Assembly: GCA_045837725.1 (NCBI GenBank)
Contig: JBEWZL010000216.1
Location: 186,001-250,000, forward strand
Direction: 5' to 3'
From: Vermamoeba vermiformis
Lineage: Eukaryota
DNA: 64,000 nucleotides
Part shown: one piece after another, positions 13,843 to 27,811 of the stretch
How positions within the stretch are numbered: position 1 is the first letter of the stretch
Layout: every line of letters begins with the position of its first letter
Program-made: the position numbers and the translations under genes
Notes under the pieces: generated by a model
Databases searched by the model: none
What the model saw: only the letters and a program-made list of their open reading frames with translations
Told to the model about the DNA's origin: nothing

Positions 13843-14639
13843 GTTGTATATGAAGATATAACAATAGAAATGCGGTATTCTAATGTTTCGAATTTTGCTG
13901 CAATCGTTGGAAAATCAGTTTGAGCTTTCTATTCGCGAAGCGACAGCTAGTCTACCTCAATTTTTTCTGGATCTCCGTTAACGGAATGTGATAAGATATT
14001 CTATCTTGCGTCGCTACACGAAGGTTCTGGGTGCATCATAACATATACAATTGGCTTGACAACTGCGATCCGGACAACACTAGACCGGGATCGCTCGATC
14101 AAGATCGAGTGTGAGTAGGTATTTACCTCTGCAATCTAAAATAAAATTATCTATGTTAGCCAATTAAAAAAAGGTATTCTAAAACACTCGTCGTTACCAG
14201 ATGCCCTAACTAACTCGAGAATAAAAATATTTTTGCGATGGATGATTAAAAAAATTAAAATTCGCAAAAATGTATTATACAATTAACACGTGATGATAGA
14301 ATATTTAATATTAATATTCTAATTTAAGTGCTTTCAGATTTGACGGATTCGAAGTTTGTGAGTCTTGAACGGCTTGTAAATGATTTGCATACCGAAACAC
14401 TACTTACCATCTTGCATGATTTGTACACGAGTTGTGGTAGACATGTTTCGGATGTGCCGAAATCCAGAAGGCGTGTTTCACCTGCCCGTATTGCCCGAAA
14501 CGAAAAGCACAATATTATGACGGTGGTGAATGGTTTAAATTTTGTATTAGATAAAAGAATAGGCTGTATCATAGGCTCTATCCAAAAGATTTTTTGTGAT
14601 GCAATTGGCACGTGGTTAATTCTTTAGCTTGAATTCTAT

Positions 14640-17600
14640 GGGGCCCGTTTATGTTTATCGGGTCGGACTGGAAAACGGACCCTCAAGAACTGACCCGAGA
14701 TTTTGTCGTTTTATCGTCCCAAACCGAAACCGAAGCTTCTGTTCAGTCCGACCCAAGACGACATACACAACATGCATATTATTGTTAGTAACACGAACAC
14801 TGCACCAAAAAATATCAGTTCTTACTATATTCTCAGTTTCTTCGCGCCATCCGCTTCAGATTACCTGGAAATAATTATTGACAGCCACTCGGAGATAAAA
14901 CTTCGGGAGCGTCACTGGCTCGACATAACCCGACTCGACCGGATTTTTGGCGGGAGGCAAAAAATGCACGAGGAATTCCAGGAAATCGCGTTAAATCAAT
15001 TCTTGGCGTAACCCAACCGGTTTGGTGTCCTACCGTGGTATTACAGGTTCGGTGCGCCCCGAAAGCAACAAAATTGATATATATATTCAAAAACCAATCG
15101 AGCGGCATCAAAAACGCGATAATCGGACGCCGTCTAAGCGAGATTCAAGGATGCGATCCCGATCCCGATCTGCCGTCCTGCACGATCCATTCATGTCTTA
15201 TTAATATTTTAGTATTATTTCAAGCATTTTGAAGTGCGTGGATGACTATGTTAGCGAAAACCTCCAAAGTCGGTTCTGTTATGCGCAGTAATATTGCATT
15301 GTTGTATCTCGTGAACACGATGCATAATTCAATTAATTGAGCGCTAATTCATCAAGTTTGGTGGTGTTAATGTGCTTTGGACTTAGTTAAAATACGTGAT
15401 TTCGGGAACCCGAAGTTTTTGCCCGAGGTTACAAAAAACCTGTTTTCGCTCCGAGTGCCATAAATAGCGACGCAACCGGAAAAAATGGACACAATCCCTT
15501 CGCAAACAAAACATACAACAACAAATGAGCTCTACAAAGGGTAAGAATACACCCAAGAAGGCTACGTCCCCGAGTCCACGATCCACGCTGTCCAGAAATG
15601 CCAAAAAAAATGGAGCCGCTGCACACACACTAGGCAAAAATAATAATCTGCTTGACACTCAAATTGATGTGAGTAGAACCGATAATTATTTTTTTCGATC
15701 CAGATTACAGTGTTAAATTGCTCGAATGTATTAATATTACTATTATTAATTAATATTAAATATAGGAGACCGCAGTGGTCGACATTAGTTCACGCGACGA
15801 GTCATCTGAATTGAAGAATAATACCAACGTGACAGTGTCTGCTCCTGCAACTCCCGAACCTGAAAGCACCGCGACAAGTCCACAAACAAAGAAGCGCACG
15901 GCAGATGACGCTGCTCTTGAAGGTAACTCAATGTTTACATCTATACAGTGATTAATTTACTGTCAGTCGAAACTATTGATAACCTTGTTCAACGCGCTGC
16001 CGTGCATACTTCCGCAACACCAGCCATAATCCAATCAACTTCGCAATGGCTCCGAAATAATGGGTTCACTCCTTCATCGTTATCTTCAGTTTTAAAGGTT
16101 GCAAGTTTGATTCCTACTGACGGCACAGTTAACTTGGCGATCATAACCACAGCGATTCAAATTCTCGAAAATGAAGCTAAAGTAAGTTAAGGATTTTGAT
16201 GGGCCTTAATAAAGAGATCCAGTCTTTGTAGGATCTCAGGAGTGTTCTGTACATTTGCAAGCCCGCGAAGAATATGAAGCGCCAGCGTTGATATTGTTTT
16301 GAGGAGTCTCGGAGAACACGGCAAGAAGAGAAAGACACGTCACCCACCAAAGAATATTACAAGAATAGGCCGGCCAATATGTGATCTCATTTAGCGAGAA
16401 ATATTCGGGAGAGCAAGAAGAGGGCAATGTTGGGCGAGCTAACGAGTTTTTGGCAGGCAAACAAACAAAGAAAATAAGAGAGAAGCACCCAACACACCCT
16501 CAAATGACATCCGTCTGTTATGATGATTTAAGATTTTAGACTATTGGGAGAATAACCCTCAGAAACTTGATTTCAGGGAATCAATGACTCAAGGTACAGG
16601 CACTCAGAGCAATCTAACCTTGACATTGCAGTCCAAAAAAGAAACACCTGCCAAATTACTGATTAATTGGAAAAATTGCGACCGCGCTGCAAAGAAATAA
16701 AAATCTCTCAGCTGTTAAATAATCGAAGATGCATGGTCAATCTTCTCAGACCTCCAAAAGGTCGGCGCTATTCCCCAGCAACAATTCGCTTTGCATCTAA
16801 TTTGAAGAACATTGGACATCAACGGCAAAGCCTATGCAACAGCTGGAATTTCTATGCCATCAAAGAAAACTAAGCAGCACAGCCGACAACATATCATAAT
16901 TATATGGAACAAAGATTATTTCACTGGCTTCAAAGCATTTCAATTCTGTTGGTTTGGCTAATGCACTTTTTGGGCTTGCATTTGATAGCATTTTTGTTGA
17001 CCCTTGCGATTCTATCCATGTTTCAACTCAAACTCGGCATGGCTTTGTTAACAAGGTAAGAAAATTGCGAGACAATGTGTGACAAATGTGTCTAATTAAT
17101 GGTTTTTGGTAGACTTCTGAACAGCTAAAGTCTTGTGCAGATTTATTTGAATTACTTGAGCCAATTGTAGACACTGAGCAGTATGCTAATCAAGTGTTGA
17201 TGTTTGTTATTTTCCCTGTTTCAAACATTGGCAATCACCCTCTGCCCATATTTCCAATTGGTATGAGAAGATAAATGTGTAATCATCACTGACACTTTTT
17301 GCAGGGTTTGTGCCTTTGTGTTCATACAATGCAGATGAACTTGCAGCATGGCTCAATGACGCTCAAAAGCAGCTTACTGATGTAGGAATTCGAGCAATTT
17401 TTCACTCTGGAGACAACAATTCTGCCCATCGCTCTTATTTCAGCAAAGAATTCAATACCTCAGGTTTTCCTCTCCTTGACTGGGATTTTGGACTCCCACG
17501 TATGTTGCAAATATGCACCTTTGAATCAAATTCTAATGCTTGAAAGAGCACAAACCAATTCCGTTACAAGACTACCATCACCTCCTTCGCAAATTGATAT

Positions 17601-19717
17601 CTCCACTACTGAAACCAAAGCGGCGACTAATGATTGGACCCATACCAATTGTACAAACGACATTTTTGGAGGCACAGCTTGCGCTTGGGTTTCCAGTCTC
17701 ATTTCTCTCACAATTTGATGAGCAAAATGACTGCCGCGTAGAATACTTTTGTGGTGCTAAAGTAGGTGAACATTTCAATTACTTCATGTCCTTAATTTGA
17801 ATAGTTTTTAGATTACCTTAGTGGTAGGGAGGATGCTATTGGTCTAACTCTCTATTTGAAATATGTTGCAATGCTGCGGCGTGCATTTGTGGACCATCAG
17901 ATCACTTGGAATGCAAGGCTGTACCTCATTTGGCAATCTCTGACATTTTTTGTTTATTGGCATCGTTGGATCAAAGTGCACGAGAAGAAGGCAGAGAATT
18001 TCATATCATATGAAACATTCACTGCTGTTGTCCAGATTTGTGTTGGCTTTGTTCTTTTGGTGCGAAACTATCGCCTTGATCTTCCACATGTTCTTCCTTG
18101 GCTCTTGGTAAGATATGTTCTTTGAATTGAATTTGACTAACATTAGTACATTACAGTCCGAAAAGCCCTGTGAATCTTTTTTTTCAACTTTGCGATCATT
18201 TTTTCCAAATCTGACAAATCTCACAGTCAGTGAATGCTTTGACATTGTCAATCGTCAAGCTTGGTAAGTCATTCACTTCAAAAGCTCAGCATAAGTAACA
18301 TTGATGGCAGCCTTTTGACAAAAAGTCCTCCCTGCACAATCAATGTTTGCGCACCAGCATCAATGAAGAGACATTAACATTGAAGCAGAATGGAAAACTC
18401 GGGAAGATCTGCAACAAACTTCACTGGCGGAGTGATTGATATGCTTCAGCCTATCTTGCATATTCAAATCAAACAGAGTTGGCCAAACAGATCCTATACT
18501 TGGAGTGACGCTTCAACAAGTACTGGCCAACTTATTTCATTTGCTAGAGCCAAATGGTGTTAGTTCTTATCCTGAACCTGCAATAGAAGCAACAACACAG
18601 CAATCAAATGGTCGTAAGAAGCGTATCCATGTAAAAGGTAATTCAATAATTTATTGGCTATCTAGCTAACAAACTTTAGGGTACATTACAGTGCCTGAGA
18701 TTACAATCCCAAAGCTGAAATCTGTTGGCCTAACTGTGCACAGTAATGGTAAAGTTTCAATTGAAAGCCTGTTAGCCCTTCTAAGCAAGAGGCGATCTAC
18801 ATCAAAAACTTCAAAGAATCGCCTGGAACGCCCATACACAAAAAACAAACTTGACCAAAGTCAGTACAATCTTGCCAAAGATCTGCTTTTGTTGATATCG
18901 CCACCAGTTGAGGTGTGTGACACAGTGCCGCCTTTAGAAGACTCCTCAGAAGAATCAGAAGTTGATGTATTGGGCACAGTTCCTCAAGACACCACTTATG
19001 CCATCAACAATTGGTTTTGGACAAACATTGACAACGAATTGTGCCTTGCATACTTAGCCCAAATTGACAAGCAAACAACAGTACAACGCAAAGAAAAGTC
19101 AAAAAAGGTAATCAAAATTTAGTAATACTTAAATTAATTGAGTTGTGACAGCTCTTTGATGTTCGAATTGAAATACCCCAGAAATCGTGCGATCAGTTCC
19201 GCGGAACGGGCTTGATTGTTGCTGCAGATGTCAAGGGTAATGACATTACATTTTTGACCGATGAGCCAATTTGGGAGGAGTTTCGCTTGGATTCTATCAT
19301 CGCCGCGGTTGACCACACACCAAAAATTAATCCATGGCAGTGGCAAAACGGTGAGTATCCAGACTACTACATCAACCCACATTAATTTTACTATAGGACC
19401 ACAAACAGACTCGTGTTCAATCGCTTCAATACGAAATAATCCTGAATTGATGGCATTAGTCGCGGATTTACTCGAGATCGACGTTTAAAAGTTGAATTTT
19501 TGCTTTATTGAACTTAAGCTATTTTAAATAAATACCATGTATTTTATTGTTTCGTTATTTGGCGTTTTACAGCGATATTTGAGCAGATTTGGAATTCGGG
19601 CGGACACGAACCGCCATTTTCTAGGCGGACAACGAAAACCGGCAAACCTACAAAATGGCGGTTTGTTGCTTCGGGCGTCGGTTTTCCAGTCCGACCCGAT
19701 AAACATAAACGGGCCCC
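14640..19717. mobile_element. 5078-bp DNA transposon with perfect 37-bp TIRs and an 8-bp TSD, P-element-like
   Basis: TIR GGGGCCCGTTTATGTTTATCGGGTCGGACTGGAAAAC at 14640-14676, with its exact reverse complement at 19681-19717. TSD AATTCTAT at 14632-14639 and 19718-19725. Encloses a DDE transposase gene. Confidence 0.93.
15525..19488 (+). pseudogene. Intron-rich P-element/THAP9-like DDE transposase, apparently frameshifted in its 5' half
   Basis: Spliced motifs GRRYSPATIRFA..KAY..MPSKKT, GLAFDSIFV (D1), HSGDNNSAHR (D2), QDYHHLLRKL (DxxH), PWLLSEKPCESFFSTLRS (E). Frame changes near 16820 and 16900, and stops in 16230-16540, cannot be removed by obvious introns. Confidence 0.75.
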
Positions 19718-19802
19718 AATTCTATTCTTTTGCATAGCACTTAAAACCGAATTTCGCGTCATTGTTCTCATTCTTTCAAGTATTAAGCCACATATTATAA
19801 CA

Positions 19803-20685
19803 ATGGAACGCTCAAAGAATTTCAAAGGCAAGATCGGGAACGATCATCTTTTTGGATCAGTCAGCATTGATTTAGTTCGACGCCACTTCTATTGCGAATT
19901 GCGTAATTCAACTACAATGGAGGTCTACAGCAAAGAGAAAGTATTTCCCGCACACAGACAAACCTCCTACGAGCAGCGCTTTGCAATCCTTGGTCGATCG
20001 AGCACTACTTTCACAGTCGTAGGTAACTTGCTCGTTGTTGAAGACCCTTCGAGCCCTGGTATTCAAATAGAAGTGCCTATTCGTGGATTTAACAACGTAG
20101 AAGATCGCTTTATGGCGTTGACGAAGCTTCAACAAAAAGAGATCTTGCACAACGCTATTTGGACGCATTGTCCGCCAAAGATTACGTTCACTACACATGC
20201 ACAAGTTTCTACGCTGAACCAGTGGACGATTGTTCCAAATTACTCTATTCAAGTGAATTTCCCGAAGAGTTTTTCGGCTGTCCAGATTTCGCTTCATATC
20301 CCTTTTTCTGGAAATAATGTTGGAGGTATGCGACTTAAAAATAATTACTTTACTAACAATGGATTAAGACAGCCGATCACGAGTGCAATTGCTTTATGAC
20401 GGCGTACCTGTGTGTGATTCTACCATGTACTCTGGCCAGCCTTTTGAATTGATGCCTTTACATATGTAAGTTAATTTATACACGTATATTAGTAAATTTA
20501 CTTATTTGGATACGATCCATGTTAGGCAAGCGCTCGTTCCCGATGTCACCCAAGGGATGCACAGTTTTGAAGTGAACGTGCATATAAACAAGGGCACTGT
20601 GTACATTCCTTTCTATAACCCTAACGCCACGGAAGCTACGACTCCTGCTATCTTCGCTAAATACAGCTTCATTGGTTATCCGTAG
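19803..20685 (+). CDS. Hypothetical beta-rich protein (3 exons; may have an upstream exon on the far side of the transposon)
   Basis: ORF 19803-20325 spliced to DSRSRVQLLYDG...LHMQALVPDVTQGMHSFEV...FIGYP, stop at 20685. Confidence 0.65.
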
Positions 20686-20815
20686 TCGGAACGCTTCTCC
20701 GGATCCTGCTTGTAACGATTAGTTTTCCTATTTCAATCATTATTATAAATATTGTAAATAGGCATGTTTAATAAATAGTTTTACCGTAAATCAACCGGAT
20801 TAATGGAGCACAACT

Positions 20816-21860
20816 TCAGTCTAAGTCGATCGTGAATGCGTCTTGTGCATATTCGTCCTCTTCTTGCTCTTGTTGCTGGTCTATATTATTTAACTCTCTT
20901 AATATCGCCTTATTGTCGTAATAATCGAACGCCTGGCTCGTTTGAATAATTGTAACGTTTTTGAGGGTTGTCGCCAATGATCGGGCTGGTATAAAAGTTC
21001 CGCTCAGATCTAGTTCTTTGAGATTTGTTAAGGTTATTATATTTAGCATTTTATGTTCGTCTAATAGTGTATTGTCTTTGAGTGAGAGCCGTGTTAGATT
21101 CGTCAAGATCTGCAATCCAGAATAATCCGTTTCGTTGAGTTCTATTAGCTCTAATCTTCGTAAATTTGGCATGGCTGACATATAATTTTTATCTACTAGT
21201 GATGATTTGTCGCTGTAGTATTTTTGCTTGAAGGATCTATCCAGAACCAAATCCGTTAAAGTAGACTTGAATAAAGTGCCTGGAACGTATGTTGATTCCA
21301 AGGGTATGCATTGGCGTAGTATTAATGTCGTTAATGACGGGGTTGCACGTAATAATATATTCAGCATTTCTTTGCCAAGCTCGTCAAATTCGTAGAGTTC
21401 CAGATGCGTTATTGTTTTGAACACGAATGAGACTCTTTGAAAGATATTACGCCATAATATTTGTTCTTTATGAATATCCGATGTATAGCGTATTTTTAGT
21501 CGCTGTAATACGCTCTTCTTGTGTAAATTTTTGAACAGATCTTCAATCATTTTTCCTCGATCCGTTTGTGTCATCTTATTTTCTTCAAATAGCACTCCTA
21601 TGTCTTCTTTTGATAAATATACTGCCATTAGCCGGAAAGATTCTTCGTCTAGCGAACGGATGTAGCGCCAAGCATTTTCGCGCCAGAATTTACTCGTGAC
21701 ACTGATCCTAAAATTCCAAAAATATTAATGTAAATATAAAATAATATATATAATGTAATTGATTAAAATTGAGATATAAGTACCTGACCAGTAAATAACC
21801 GTCTAATCCACGCAGGATCTCTTCTCTTAGCTCTTCAGCAAGGCACTGCAGTAAATCCAT
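20816..21860 (-). CDS. F-box and leucine-rich-repeat protein
   Basis: Exon 1 MDLLQCLAEELREEILRGLDGYLLVR joins ISVTSKFW (F-box). LRRs include LTNLTRLSLKDN and LTNLKELDLSGT. Acidic tail. Confidence 0.8.
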
Positions 21861-22442
21861 ATGTGATATAATTATAAAAATTATTCTAGCCAGTGACGCA
21901 TAGAAAAGAATGGATTTGTGGTCTTTTATTGACCGGCTAAAGAAATGGCGCCCAAAGTGTCAAAATTTAATTCCGTTACACGCACCACCACGAAGCTCTA
22001 ATGTCGTCAATATATTTATCTGCCTTGTTATGTATAACTCTAGCGATATGTTGTTGCATTACTCGATTCATTGACAGGCGGGGACTCGCGAAAGTTTACA
22101 AGAGATGCGCTGTAGTGGAGTAGATCTACACTCCACGTGCTGCGGATTCACAGATGTGATTCCGTCGGTTGATAAACTGTATTTGTATACCTAAATAAAA
22201 ATCAGGCTTGTTAAGCCTTATCTTACACTGAATACCACGCCTCATTATTTACTCGGACGACTCACTACAGCGCAAAACCGTCCATTCGCTTTATTAATAT
22301 TCTTCATAATACTGTCCAATAAGCGAAATTAATAGCTGTTAGGTATGCGATTCGCTTAATTGAAATAATTATTTGCGTTTTTTGTTTGTAAATATTTTTG
22401 GTACGAACAACAGAACCAAATTAATTACAACAGTGCAATAAT

Positions 22443-24241
22443 ATGACGCGCTTAGCACAAATTTTGCTTATTTTATGCGCTGTAACTGCTGTAGTACGTA
22501 ACCTGACCCATAAATCTTTCTGCTACAAATCCGTTGCCCTTTCGAAAATATCGCTCATTCTGCTAATTTTAATTATTTCGGTATTTAGTTTATCTTAATA
22601 TTGATATTTTATTGTAGTTTTCAGCCAAGCCTACATTGTACGCAGTCACGAGCTTTTTTACCGGAGGAACTGGCGACCAATCGACAGAAACGGCGTCTCA
22701 TATCGTGCAATTGGATAAAGATACTGGTACTATTACAGATGTTATGGAAGTTTTGTTGTACGCAGGATCTAGGTACGAAAATTTTCAGAAAATTTCTAGA
22801 TCCCTATTAGATATTCCTAATTTGATGCTAAACGATATTAATATATTAAATATATTCTTAGCTTGACCTATGATGGTATTGCAGCAATGGATACCGCCAA
22901 CGGAGTCTATTATTATGCGACTGACGGAAACAATAACTTTATGTTCCGTGGAAACGTTCAAACCGGCAAATTAATGTCGCCAGTATCGTTTTCATTGCAG
23001 GCTATCGATTCGTAAGTATTTAAATATGCAATCGATTTACTTTCCGCAGACTCTAATTTTCGATCCGGATCAGTATTACCTACGATAGCCTTAAACAACG
23101 AATGATTGGTAAAAAGACGCTTAATGTATTGCTATAATCGTATTTCTAATGTCTGATTGCAGTCGTTGGTCCTTCTAAGCAAGGCATAAGCTTGATCTCG
23201 TTTCCAACTGACGAATCCGAACCATTTAGCTTAAGTACGTTTAAATATCGCGTTAATGACTCGAAACTTAACGATTTTTTATGAAAGTTACCACGTTACC
23301 TCCCGGACCGATTTTTACTTGGGCAACTATTGACTCTGCCAACCAGATGTACTATTACCAATTGCTTACTTTAATTAATAGCACTGCCTATTACTCTTCG
23401 CTTAACTCAGTAAGTAGTTGAGTAATTATTGAACAATCTAGCTCAGTTAACAATTAGTTATCGTTAACGAATCCGTCGCAACAAACAAGCATGTGGTTGA
23501 AGAATTGCGGTGGTCCTGCTTACTTATGGCCCAACGGAATTGTCTACGATGCTAACACGAAAGTGCACTACACATTGAGCTATCAATTTGTAACGGAAGG
23601 TGCGTACGGAAAATTTTACCAAAATTATTACGCGTTTCATTCAAAAAACCAACAAAATTTATTTTATTAGAAAAACTTGCACATCTTGAAGACCAATTTG
23701 TTCAAAAATGACGTATTATATTATAATTTAATGGTCTATGGCAAAAAACCGCGTAAATTTTGCGGATTTAGAAAGGTCGTTCGATGCGTCATCGATCTGT
23801 CACAAAATCAAAAAATACCAACAGATTCGAGTTCCCCGCACCCATTTTCCCCTATACAGAGGTGCGAGCCATAAAAATTCGATAGTGGTGGGGATTTGCG
23901 TATTAGTTTCATAATAAAATTGATGTTGCAATAAAGTTGTGCAAAAATTTGGCCTTCGTTTTTTGATTGAAACGCGTAATAACTTTTCGAATCCAGGCCT
24001 GTACTATTATATCACTACTGTGCATCTGAACAAGGGTACATGCAAGGCAGTACCTGTTGCTATTGACAACACAGCTGTAGTCAGTGATTGGGCGTACGAT
24101 CCGAACACGCAGATCGCGTACACTGCTGCATCGATTAACGGTGCCAATTTGCTTTATCATATTCACGTACCAACTGCTAAGATACTCAAGACTGTGACCG
24201 TCGAGAAGTATTTTCCTGAATCATTGGCACTAGTTTTCTAA
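22443..24241 (+). CDS. Secreted multi-exon protein, probably a beta-propeller
   Basis: Signal peptide MTRLAQILLILCAVTAV; repeated strand motifs (AMDTANGVYYY, ITYDSLKQR, IVYDANTK, WAYDPNTQIAY). Confidence 0.7.
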
Positions 24242-24333
24242 GATGATTAAAAAATAAAATTGGATCTTAATCTTTGAACGAATTTTGTTTTGTCCTACTC
24301 ATTCGGCTTTATATACAAACATTGCGCTATTAT

Positions 24334-27300
24334 TTACATCTTTTCAATGGGGATTCGTTTGATCAAATCTAACGCGTCCCGCATGTCAAGTCGTTTCTCG
24401 GGATCTGCATCCCAACAATGACGAATGATTCTAGCCCAAGCAGGAGGACATTCGATTAATGAGGGTCGTTTGCCTTTAACTACTTCCATGCCTAGTTGAA
24501 TGTAGTTCATATCTTGGAACGGGATCTTGCGCATCACCATTTCGTACAAGATCAAACCGAAGCTGTACACATCTGCTTTCTCCGTATATTCCTTGCCTAT
24601 AATGATGGAGAATTATTAATAAATAATAGCACTAAATACGGTGGTTCAATATGCTGCGTGCGATCTGTTTGAATTTTGAATGCACGCATCCGCGGATGTG
24701 CTTACCTTCCATAACTTCAGGAGCCATCCAAATAGGAGTACCAACGTTCGAAGTCATCTTGGACGAATCTTGTAACATTTTAGAAAGACCAAAATCGGCA
24801 ATTTTAGCACGTGACAGATCCAAGTCCAACTGTTGAAAAACGACGTTAGTCCTGATTACCAAATTTAGTAATTGATCTGAACTTACCAAGATATTCAACG
24901 ACTTGAGGTCCCGATGCACGATCATAGGCCTCATTTGATGCAAGTACGCTAGACCCGATGCAATATCCACGGCAAACTGCTTCATCTGCTTGGGTGTCAA
25001 AGTTACATTTTTCTTATGCAGCAAAGTATACAAATCTCCGCCGCCCATAAACTCCGTTACTATACAATAGTTCGGGTGTTCGAAGCACATGCCCATAAAT
25101 AACACGACGCTAGGTGACCGTAATTTCCTAAAATGGAAAAAAAAGTTTTAGATCCGTGTTCCGATCCAACTTCGAGGAACTTTTTTGATATTATATGACT
25201 TACACTAAGAGTTCTACTTCTTTTTTTGCGTCATCAATGTCGCTCTCAGAGAACTGCTTCAATTTTTTGATCGCAACTTCAACGCCGTTCCACGTGCCCT
25301 GGTAGACTTTACCAAAGGTTCCTTCGCCCAATTTTCTTTCAAATTTCAATTCACTGTAACTGATTTGATAGAGCATTTGATCCGTATTCAATTGTTTCAT
25401 TTGCAATTCTTTTGCTTGTTGTTCGACTTCTCTTAATCTCTTCGCTAACTTTTGTTCTTCAATTTCTAATTTTCTGCGTTGAATTTCCAGCTCTTCTCTT
25501 TGCATCACAATTTCTCTATCATTCGAATTTCTAAAGCCGATATTGTCGCTGCTATTTTTCTTCTGTTCTATAGACACTAAAGCCATCGCGTGGTTATCTC
25601 CGCATGCGATCGCTTTGACTCTGAAGTGCCGCAAAGACACGACTTCTTTCGGGGTCCAAATGTCTTTCAAACTCACGTGCCCGAGTTGTCCTCGCGCTCC
25701 ATTGCCCCAACTGTAGATCATTCCGTCACCTATAATGCGTAACAATTAAACATCATGACGACTAAAGAAATATCCGAACCTTAAAAGGCTTAATCTATCG
25801 AAATTTAACTAAAAATAGAAATCCAATACGAGCATTTGAGTGCTTAAAAATTCCAATTCTTCAGTAAATTTTCAAACTCGTCGTGGAGCAAAAATTGGTT
25901 TTCATTTTTTTGCATGCAATGAAAGTCTTACGTGAAAGGGCCATCGAAAAATTTCCTCCCGCGCAAATAGCCATAATTTTGATTTCTTTTATAGCGCTGA
26001 TTTCCTTCGGCGTCAATTGTTCCTTCGTGTCACCGTGACCTAATCGACCTTCGTCACCTGAGCCCCACGAATACACCGTGTTTTTGTCTAACAAAAATTA
26101 TTAGCATTAATTGATCTAGTTAAAAGGCGTAAGAATTCTCGGAGTGAATTTGAATTGATTAATTAATTTTACCTGATAAGGCAAGGGAATGTCCGAATCC
26201 AGCGTGCACGCGATAAAATTTGACTTTGGAGACGAGCTTCGGTCTGTTGCGGTCTTTTTTGTCACCGTGGCCTAATTGTCCTTTGGTGTTGTTGCCCCAC
26301 GTGTACAATTCTCCGCTCTCTGCAAATAAAAAATTAATTATCGTAACTTCGATCATCTCCAAAATAAAAACAAATAAAGGTAATATTTGCAGATCGTACT
26401 GGTTACAGCTATAAATAGATCTGCAAATGAAAAATCGAACGAAAATAAATTTGACTGTTCAAATGTAGGTCGAAAATATTTTTAGTAGTAATTATAAGAT
26501 CGGTTAATTTGATGGTTAACGTACCAGTGACGGCCAACATGTGCCCAAATCCCGCTGAAATATCGACGACTTGTTCAATGCCCGTGAGTCGTTTGGGCAG
26601 CGACAAGTCTTTGTTGTCCGAGTGTCCCAATCGACCATCGAATCCCCAACCCCATGTGTATACATTTCCCTCTTCTGTTAATATAATAATACTATTAGTT
26701 ACCAAATTTGGTATAGGGTTATTCATCATGTTATCTAAATTAGATCCGGAAAAAAAAGAATACACTTTTTTTTGTGACGTCAAAATGATAATTATACAAT
26801 TTCATATATTATACGTTACTATAAGACTATTTTTCTGAGAAAATCAAGCGAATTAAGTGCTTACTCGTCAATGCAGCTGAAAAAGATCCGCCAGCGGTAA
26901 TGCGAATAACTTGTTTCTCTTTAAATGCTGAGATAAATTTAGGGCTCGATGTACTCTTTTCATGTCCGAGTCCTAATTGACCATAGCTATTTGATCCCCA
27001 TGAATAAACATCGCCATCCTCTGAAAAAATGATTGTTAATTATTAAAATTTAATTTAAAATTAAATTCCGGATCGACAGTCGGCTAAATTTCAAAATTGG
27101 CCTCTTTTATAGAATTATGTACGTATTAATTATTGAGCAATTTTTTTTCGAAATCTTACCTGATAAAGCGAGTGTATGGTCAAATCCAGCAGCGATCGCA
27201 ATAATTCGCTTGGTAACTAATGCTTCGACGATTTTAGGCTTAAATGAGGGTAATCTATTGCCTTGTCCTAATTGACCTTTAGCATTGTCTCCCCATGAGT

Positions 27301-27674
27301 AAACTAAGCCCTCATCTGAAATTGATTTTTGTTAGAATCGATTAATTATTCTTAAGGTCCCATATTAAGATCTTTTAGGTATCAGATTATTTTGAATTCG
27401 ATATACAATAATAAATTATTATTTGCTTACTGGTAACAGCAAAGGACTGATCGGCGTTTGCGTCGATCGCAATAATTTTATTATTTAATAAATCGCCAAT
27501 TTCTTTGGGCTCACTCTGGTGTGTCTCTGAGCCCATATTCTCACTCAGACCTAAATTATAATTAAATTAATTATTAAAAACGGTTCGATCAGGAATAAAT
27601 AAATTAAAGTTCGAATCTAGCTTACCAAGCTGTCCAGAGTCGCATTGACCCCAAGCATAAACTGCATTAGACAT
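24334..27674 (-). CDS. RCC1-repeat, coiled-coil and TKL Ser/Thr kinase protein
   Basis: About seven RCC1 repeats (VYxWGxxxxGQLGHG...IxAGxxHxLAL), mostly one per exon; kinase motifs LGEGTFG, VAIK, HRDLKSLN, DFG, APE. Confidence 0.92.
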
Positions 27675-27811
27675 ATTAATAGCAGTCTAATCACTTAAAA
27701 CGATTGATCTAAAGTGTGTTCATGAATACAAACGGTGAACTCAATTATCATCTTGCAAGCTTTTACGAGAAAACACAACACTCAATAATATAATTGTGCA
27801 CTCATTCGTCG

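Noticed and set aside
14703-15232. Second (cargo) gene inside the transposon's left end
   Set aside because: The ORFs are short, overlap in several frames, and show no coherent splice model or motif.
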